A stretch of DNA of 63,270 bases, filler included, from Sluysia triapertura (taxonomy: Eukaryota): assembly GCA_046118255.1 (NCBI GenBank). It is 4 parts of 4 records of this genome, joined end to end, with 100 filler letters (N's around TTAATTAATTAA, not from the genome) between each part and the next. Parts side by side here need not be neighbours in the genome. Positions count along the whole stretch, not along the records: positions 52,397 to 63,270 come from JBJNIA010192274.1; 3 more parts are not named here. One strand, given 5' to 3'. Positions within the stretch are counted from its first letter, which is position 1; each line of letters opens with the position of its first letter. The translations under genes were made by a program, and so were the position numbers. The notes beneath the pieces were generated by a model. That model saw only the letters and a list, made by a program, of their open reading frames with translations. It was not told the DNA's origin and did no database searches. This document shows positions 54,263 through 63,270 of this stretch, piece by piece.

Positions 54263-54832
54263 TTATCGTGTATTCCTTGATTTTCCTACAGGATGTTGAG
54301 CACCGATACCATTATTAATCACACTTGTTCTTTGTGGTTCGTACAAATTCTTAATAGGTATCATTTTCATATTTAAAATCACTTCAGGAAAAATATAATC
54401 TCTTATTAGAATACCTAGTCTTTTAACTTCAATAAAATATATAGATTTTATGAACTGTAAAACCTAAACACATTAGAATGTCTAGTGTTTTAACTTTAAT
54501 AAAATCATAACTAATTAATCTTCCATTATTATCATGTTATATTTTTATACAGGTCTTAGAAACATTTTGTGAAATATTTCGAGCATTTCAACACCAGATG
54601 AGCTAATTATAGGCGATAAACACATTGATCTACCGCTATCAGTCTCACGCATATCAGAATTAGATAACAACAACTCAGTAAATTTCAAAATATCTTTCAT
54701 CATATCAGAAAACAATAAGCAACATTTGCATCGTAAATGAACTTTTTCCAATATTCTCTTTACAATTTTATACGGCTTCTGAATATTTTCTCCTGATCTC
54801 ATAACGCATGAGTAGAAAGTATTTTTGAACAT
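54263..54832 (-). CDS. Hypothetical protein, ~160 aa, 2 exons (further 5' exons possible)
   Basis: Exon 54832-54551, an 87-nt GT-AG phase-0 intron, then exon 54463-54263 open for 67 codons (VLQFIKSIYF...GKSRNTR*). No recognised domain. Confidence 0.45.
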
Positions 54833-57800
54833 TTCGTAGATTTTCTATTACATTTTAAAATTTTTCAAAAAATTACAAGATCATTTGTTCTAATATTTAA
54901 AATTTTTTTACCATAATAATAAAATTAATACCGTAATAATTGTAATAAAATAATACAAAAATATTAAAATAAAATTGCGTAAGACATATTTAATTCCATT
55001 CCATTATAGACAAGTCACACAATTAAAATAATCAAAGCGCATAATTAATTTTAAAACTGTTAAGTTATATTTAATGAGTACAGCTTATCAATAAATAACT
55101 ATTTTATAAGCTACATAATCTAACTTTTGATTAGTGTTCATCATTTTGAATTTGGCATTTACATATAATTTACATAAATCGAAAAGAAACAATCACAATA
55201 TGAATGTAGATGGATAAAAAAGGAACAATAATATGATGACAACGCTCTTTTGTATATAATAACAATATTGCATTTTAGGTTGTAGTTGTATAGATGTTGT
55301 AAATGTTATCATTATTGTAATCGTTGTGAAAATTTGAGTTGTATTCTGTTATTAGTGTTTCCGGATTTTATTTTCTATTTGTAGACATTTGGCTAATTGT
55401 GTTATGTTAAGTTAAATTTTGTTTCTGGATATATCAATGAATATAATAATAATTTTAATGTGGTTTAGGTTTAAGTTTAATTCTTTGCAAAACTTAGATA
55501 CTTTGAACACCTAATGATAATGACAGATTTATATATGTTTGGAATTAATGTATTCTCTATTTACTTACACTCAATGTAACTTCCTTTATAATTCTTACTA
55601 AATCCTTTATCAATATATTCACTTTACTCTAATTCTAACTAAAGATTAAACTCTTTGGTGAAAACTTTATAAAATGCTAGAAAAAATTCCTAGCTTTATC
55701 AATATGTATTATCGATTTTTTAACAATAGTTTAAGTGCCTCAAATATAAATTATTACTCGTTAACATTAGTTTAAAGTCTTAATAATCCTTACATTCTAG
55801 ATTTATTTTTATATAAAAGTATGAATTCGGATACTCGTTGCAATAAGCTGGAATAGAAAGGGAAGTGAGTTTTTTTTACGTCACTTAGTAAACGATACTT
55901 AGGTTCACTTAAACATTATCGTCACATATATTTTCTTCCCCTTTTGCTTAATGATAAAATTTCAATTTATATTTAATCGTAATTAAATTATCCTTATTTT
56001 GGGGCACTATTTTCGATTTTGCCTTGAATTTAGTTACAAATAAAAAAGCTAAGATTAAGAAAATCTATTCAAATATTTTGCAATAATAGTTAATAATAGT
56101 TGCAATAACCAAACTAATAAATCAATATAAGTTCGATAGGAGTGTTAAGATTATCAATATTATTAAAAGATTGATTTATTTTACGATTACATTAATACAA
56201 CTTTTAACGAAAATTTCAATACTAAAATTATTAACATTATTAATGAATTTAAGTGAATTATTTTTTAAATGGAAGCTGTAATATTTACTACTTGTAATAA
56301 TTTTCTTTATCATTGTTTAATAATCAGTTTAATTTCTAGCTGGTTTCGTAAATCTGTATTAAGATTTCTTCTGTTCGAGTCGATGACAAATCGGTTCAAT
56401 CCTCTTCGAAACAAAACAATAATGACCAATTTTTCACAATTAATTGATCTAATCTACTCATTAAGTTTGATAATGGATCCGCGTATACTTACTATCAGGC
56501 AATATTCGTAATAACCTTTCAAAATCGATTTGTATTTTTCAGTACATAAATTAGTCGTGTGTGTTTTTGATAATTTTTTGTAACTATTTATATTATTTTT
56601 GTTTTATATGTATGTAATTTAATTTTATTTAAATGTGTAGTCAATTCTGTTAATAATATAACACTAATAATAATAATAATAATTCTAATGTAATAACACC
56701 AATTCAGTAATCAATAATAATAATAGAGTAATATAATTTCATCAATAATGTTATAGTTTTATTAGTAATTAATCATAGTGTTATTCCCTTGATATTTTTA
56801 CAATAATAAATAGTAATGTCATTAATAATAATAAATTCCATTAGTGTTTAATACAGTATTAAATAATAATTTGAATAGCAAATACTGTTATATTTAAATA
56901 CTAAATACTAACATTTAAATAATTTGTTAATAAATTTTGATTACATATACATTATATTTATTGTCTCTATTCTGCCTAATTTTTAATAACTTACGAATTT
57001 TGTTTAATCTCAATTTAACATGATTTTGACTTACGTATTAAAATGAATTCATGTTTTCAAACTGTTAAATTTTTTTGTATTTTTATATATTTATAAATAC
57101 TTGCAAATATTATGTAAATATTTTTGTTTTTAATATTTTATACATTTTTATTTTATTTAAAATATTTACTAAAACATAAAATTAAACAAAAAGTTAGTGA
57201 GTAAAATATAAGTTATTAAATCATTAATATTTTTAATAAATAATTTTAGAATTTTCAATTTTGTTTATTCAAAATAATTTTATTTACAAAATAAGATGGC
57301 GATTTACAATTTATAAAGATGGAATTTTTTATAATAATTCATAACAATCATTAACATGTAATTTTCCAACAAAATTCAACACCTATTTTAGCTAGCCAAA
57401 AAGAAAATCTATGAAACAGTAAGTTGGTTTCTATTAAGTTTTTTAGTCTTAATAAGGAGAGTCAAAATTTACTTAAAATCATTTTTTGATATACGCTAGA
57501 TATACGACTCGCTCAATTTTAAATTAAAATAACTAAATTTAATATCAAAAAATATTCTGAATATTAAGATTAAAATTATATTGTTATTATATGCTCTTAC
57601 TTACGTTATATATTATAATTCTTTGAATATATTGTTAATAAAAGTTAACTTGTTATATCACTTCTATTTGTAAATTATTGAATTATTTGATTATTTAAAG
57701 TTTAAAATCATAAAATATACTTTTGATTTTTCAGGCTAGACCATAATTCGACTAGTTGAATTTACAGTTTTAATATAACTCACGACACATTATTTCACGA

Positions 57801-58619
57801 TATAATTCGAGACATTGCAGACCTAATATCTTCTTAGAAGTCATTCTTAAACCTTTAGATAAAATCCTAAACGACTGCCTTCAATCAGATGTAAGTCGTA
57901 GCTATTAGGCGAACGGGCCTCTAAAAAAATATTTTGCAAGTATTGGTTTAAACTTAGCACAAAGACTCGCAAAAATTTAATTTTACATTCTCTTTATGGA
58001 TTCTCAATTTAAAATTGATTGCTATTTATTAAATTTTGAATTTATATTAACTCTAAATCTCATTTTAAATTGATATGAAGCATTACAATCTTAATGATAA
58101 TTATTTTAATTTTATTTTAGATATTTATTTTAAATAAGTTCTTAAATAAAGTAACTTATGACTTTGATTTTTAAAAAAATTATATAAAAAATTGAGATTT
58201 AAGATAAAACGAATAATAATAATGACAACTGTATTTATGATGCTTTGTAGAAGTTAAAATCTAATAATGTTATTAATTGAAAACGATAGTTAAAAAATTT
58301 AAAATTTTATAAAATTATTGTAAAAGTTATATTTTAGTAATGAAAACATGGAAATTAATCTAATGTTATATAATGGTGTTTGTGGAGCATATTTTGGTAT
58401 CCGTTCGAGATGAAATTTGGTGTGGGTGTGATGTTGTCGGAGTACTATAATCGCAGGCGAAGGACTCAACCACCACAATTTATTTAAGATGTAACAATTT
58501 CTACGACTACACATTGATAATATGATAAATGATATTATTCAGAAAAAACCAAGTCACTTGAAAATTTCACAATATTTAAAAGGATGATCTTTCTGTGTTT
58601 ATTTCATAGCAGATATTAA

Positions 58620-58621
<2 letters not shown>

Positions 58622-58676
<55 letters not shown>
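58622..58676. repeat. (TTA)n microsatellite
   Basis: About 18 perfect units. Confidence 0.97.
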
Positions 58677-59129
58677 GCACTAATTAAGAAATATCCTATT
58701 TATTAAGAGCACTATTTTCTGCAAGCTATTTAAGATATAAAAATAATGATTTCCTCATTTGTGTTAAATCATTTCGTGTAGTAATTACAAAATTCCATTT
58801 TATTGTCGAAAATGTTAAGCAGTGGGTGTCGTACATGAATTATGTATATTAATTTATTATGTATATTTAATTTGTCTATATTAAAATTACATTCATTTTC
58901 CATTATTCATCAGAACCATAATGTAATTCTGAAACTGAAACGTTTTATTTTTCATGCAGTAATTTTCTATCACAAAGGTATATAACCTAATAAATAATCA
59001 CTTGATACGTTAAAACAAAGTACAGAGAACCTTCTTTTTGAAACTTTTAAAATATAAATAGAGCAATAAATGTTTTATAAGGCATAAATAATATATTTTA
59101 CAAAATGTCTATTGGTGAAAGAAACATTA

Positions 59130-59235
59130 AAACATTCGTCACATTAATACATTTTATGTTCAGTAAGTTTGTGATCTAAAATCAGAAAACATATAACCAA
59201 TTCTGTACCACATGTGAACACTACATAGTCATATC
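59130..59235 (+). mobile_element. Highly degenerate piggyBac Cys-rich-domain remnant
   Basis: Frameshifted CSV..SKIRKH..FCTTCEHYI resembles the piggyBac C-terminal CxxC-SKIRRK-CxxC pattern. Confidence 0.3.
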
Positions 59236-60030
59236 TCGATTTATTGCCATCTTTCGTTTTTCTTATTTTACGACATTAAAAGAAAAATGGCAATCAATAA
59301 AGTTATTACAAAATTAACAAAATAAATTACTTTAAATGCTGTACTTAAGTTATTTTACTAAAAACAAAATTTAATATATTAATATAAAATAACTAAATAA
59401 CTAAAATTATGAAATAACTAAATAATAGCAATCATCATAGTTAATTTGTATTTTTATTTATATATTTATAGTTACATAAATTAATCAGCCTTTTTAAATA
59501 CAAATGCACATTTAGTTAAAAATAGATAGTCTAATCATTAATTTTTAATTGAATGGATATTGATTTGTAGCAATATATAATGTTGGTATTAAATCGAGGT
59601 ATGACTGTATTTCGATACGATCGCAAAAATAATAGAAACATTTTTCAAATGAATTACTAATTCAGAAAGAATTTTCAACGACTATTTATCATGACTAACT
59701 GTCAACCCACATATACACACATTTAAACTCAATGAAAAACAATCTGTCATTTTCATAAGTTTCTTGAAAATTATCAAATACTTTATACTATTTATTATTA
59801 AGAGATTCATTTTGTTTTGAAATAAAAATTAAAATCGAATTAGTACATATTTAACAAAGTTTTGTTTATTTGGCACAAGTTGCCCAAATGTTGATCGATT
59901 TATTGCTGGTCTAAAAATAAAAAGGTGTTTTTGTATGCAACGTAATTTTTAGAATCATCAATGACTGAATTCTTATCATTTTAAACGAATGACTTCATAA
60001 ATACAAATAATTGTGCGATATGATCCTAAG

Positions 60031-62382
60031 ACTATCCTACAGCTGATCGTCCTCTTAATTTTCATTCATATGTTGCATCAAAATGGCAGTATCTATCATT
60101 TTACAATAATCGTGCAGACAGATGTGGAAATCTTGTTTCACAAATTGAAAACAAATTGGAATGTGATCTACACAGAGTTAGTTTTAAGTTCTTTTCAAAC
60201 ACTTACATTCGCGCAGTATATAAGAACAGGTATTTCATTTGAAGGAATATTAAAAAAGTGATATTTTTCTGAACAATCAAAAGGAAATCAATTAAAAATA
60301 TTAATAGCTAAATTTTTTCAGGAAGTTAATAGAATTGGTAGTCCCAAATCTGAATATGTTGAAAAAGGAAAACATTAAAAAACGTTAGATGAACTTAAAC
60401 AAGATTCATTCAGAATTCATATGAAAATATGGAAATGTATGCCGAAGCAGATGGCAAAATTGGACATCAGATATGGACACCAATTCGAGAATCTTGTTTT
60501 TATAAATTTTTTATGTGTTGTCAACTTCGTAACATTTCAATTACTTTAAAATATTTAATCAATTATATTTATTTCGTTTGTAATGCATAACCTTTTCTAC
60601 TTGCTTATTAGAGTAAGTAGCAAGTTCTCTGCATTCCAGTTTCGTTTCTTTTTCATATTAAACACATCTTTGATATAGATTTTTCATAATTTCAGACTTC
60701 TAAGCTATTTATCTGAAGCTACCGAGAACATTTAAACTTTTATTTGTTTCTTTTGGATTTTATCATTTTTTATCATTGAAATATATTTTTATCGTACTTA
60801 AGGTTCAATAGTTTAATTTTCGAAGAAACCTGGAAGTCATTTCTTCAATTACCAAGGATAAGTATTTTGTTACGTTCAGGTAATAATCACTGTGTTCTAT
60901 TATATGAATTTCGTTTTGTTTAATGTTGTTAATATTGTTTGAGTGTTTGATTGTCTTTATAACTAAGTATAATTTTGTGTTATTTTAGGTATTTAAGTCA
61001 AATAGAAATTGCCCTTAACGTGAATTATCATAATGTCATTATTATTAATCCCTTCACATTCAGTTGTAATCACAAAATCGTTTAATTTTAAAATGTCTAA
61101 TTTTTAGTGTTTCAACAAACTAAGTTCAATTTATATGTGTATGTTAAAATAAAATATATAAAGTTGTATTTATTTTCTATTTGCATCAGAGTGCAAATCT
61201 TCATGAATTATTCTTCAGACTTCAATTACATTTTCAGTATTATAAAGGAAGATAAAATAAGACATTCGAGAATTATCAAAATCTATTTGACACACAATAT
61301 CTTATGATATTGGATGGACTTTGTTTCCATAAATTTTGTTTTGAAAACAATAAAAAAATTTAGCAAATATTGGTTCTAACCAAATGTCTATGTTTTCTTG
61401 CGGTTAATGATTTAATTATCATCATCTAAAATCTTCTGTGAATTCCTTTTACTTTATTATCTTTAATCTACAATTTTGGATATTAAGTCACGTTAGATTT
61501 TTATTATCTATGATTAAATTTTTTTGACGGTAAAAAAATAACACTATGTTTCGTTTATTTTATATTTTAATTTATTCAAATTATTTAAGACTTTATTATT
61601 TGAATATTTGAATATCCATAATTTTTATAGGGTTTTTGATCAAATAATAATTTTTCCAATCAATTATATAAATCTTATAACAAACATGCAATTACGAATT
61701 ATAGGCAATAAAGGCTGATCTAAAAGAAAATGAAAGTTTGAGATTAGAAAATAAGATTAATAGATATCATAACTCTAATTTGAGAATTCAGGTATTCAAT
61801 GGTAATAATGAGTTATCTGAAGATTATTTTATATCTTCAATAGCTTTAATGTATGAGAAAAAATTCTAGTAAAAAATCTTATTGTTATATTAGTGTGCCC
61901 CGACAAGAAAAATGTTGAAAATCACTGGTACATAGTATGGTATTATATTCACAAAATATAATGTCTTAATATTTCTCTAGATATTCTATGCAGAAATTTT
62001 GAATTTTACAATAAATTTCTATTTGATGATGAAAAAAAGTAAAATAATTTGGATTTTTTGTAAGAAAATTAGGTCATTGTTGAAAAGTTTTGGAGTTTTG
62101 TAGCAAATACAATAATAAATCTATGAAAACATTTTGTTAAAGAATATAGAAAGATGGAGAGCTCATGCGTCGTCTACACCAGTTAGCTTTTCAAAATGTC
62201 TTCGCTTCTTCAAACACAAAGAAGTTCATGCTCATTTATGCAATTTTTTGGTAAGTCAGTATTAAGAATGTTTAATTGACATTAACTTAAATATGATTTA
62301 ATTACTTCAGTTTTTAAGAAATCATCGTTTTCCTAACTGCAATGAAATAATTCAAGAATTGGATGTGAAAATATCCTTGTAA
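60031..62382 (+). CDS. Multi-exon hypothetical gene or pseudogene; model only partly resolved
   Basis: Coding-like exon 60031-60229 (YPTADRPLNFHSYVASKWQYLSFYNNR...). Clean terminal pair 62143-62250 and 62311-62382 (NIERWRAHASSTPVSFSKCLRFFKHKEVHAHLCNFL|FLRNHRFPNCNEIIQELDVKISL*) with a GTAAGT donor. Intermediate exons at 61705-62095 could not be joined without ambiguity. Confidence 0.4.
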
Positions 62383-63218
62383 ATACAATTTGCATGGATC
62401 TTGGAAAAATAAATGATCGAAACAATTATCAAAACAATGCAAAATTTTTGTTTTCAACAGAAACAAGAAATCATATTGATAAATAATAATTAAAGTTTTA
62501 TTGTAGGTGTTCTAATTTGTCTCCATTGGCTGTTAAAGAGCACTTCACCGATTTTAAATAATATGAAATGTTATAGCACATAAACTGTCAGATACGGTTA
62601 CAAAAGCCTCTTCAATTGCTGTTCTTATGCAAGCAGAGTTATAAACATTTGCCAAACATTGATATTTCATGGAGCACATTGAAAGTAGTTCATTCGTGTT
62701 TAATCTTGAAATCAGGCTAGCTCAATTAGTTCACACCTGCTAAACAAATTTATTTTTATTGCTTCATCTTATATTTTATCATGTTTAATGCTATGTATTT
62801 TTGTTTATGCAGCATGTGACTGACCTAGAATGTCTAGATGTAAATATTATAATTCCTTCATTCTTCCATGAATATAACTATCTCAATCAAATTCCTGCAA
62901 AAACTACTTCAACTCTGTCAGTAACATCAATAACTGCCACAATCATATCAACACAAATACTAACATTTATCCCACGAATGTATCCTAATCTATAAAAGCC
63001 TCCTTTATTCAATGTAAGATTATGTATAATAAAAATATAAGTTGTAAATTCGAAATTCAAATTTGACCCATTGTGACGCATGAACTAAAAATAATTTTCA
63101 AGCATGCCAAGATAGATATGTTGAATAATTTCAAAAACATTGATATTTAAATTTTTTCTAGTATGGTAATTTGATGTTTGTATCAGTTTGAGGCTTTGAC
63201 ACTATTTGAGTTAGATAA

Positions 63219-63270
63219 ATTATATTATATTATGTTATATTAGTTATATTATATTATGTTATATTATATA
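63219..63270. repeat. (TTATA)n-like low-complexity repeat
   Basis: Imperfect TTATA/TTATG pentamers at the window end. Confidence 0.8.

Noticed and set aside
56269-58514. ORFs 56269-56511 and 58299-58514, and an exon-like block at 57735-57890
   Set aside because: No recognisable motif and no phase-consistent gene model could be built.

Overview
Very AT-rich eukaryotic (animal) genomic DNA. It is not prokaryotic: there are GT-AG introns, a nuclear receptor and metazoan-type transposons. The window is four contigs joined by three artificial 100-bp linkers (N44-TTAATTAATTAA-N44). Two genes are firm. One is a + strand NR1-type nuclear receptor (C4 DNA-binding domain, long hinge, ligand-binding helices 3-5; 3' end not found). 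The other is a - strand ETF-ubiquinone oxidoreductase (ETFDH; 7 exons reconstructed, C-terminal 4Fe-4S part not found). Introns are either 31-47 nt or multi-kb and filled with transposon debris. Several genes are missed or only partly shown by the ORF track: an intact ~386-aa C8 zinc-finger ORF on the same strand inside the receptor gene, the last two exons of a calmodulin-like gene, a 3-exon 104-aa gene head-to-head with it, and other hypothetical or decayed genes. The rest is mostly transposon relics: piggyBac pseudo-transposases and TTAA MITEs, three L2/CR1-like LINE 3' ends, a Gypsy-like LTR-PBS-gag element followed by an unknown acidic ORF instead of pol, and a hAT end. No CRISPR, rRNA or tRNA was seen. 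All gene models are hand-spliced from the sequence; no database searches were run.
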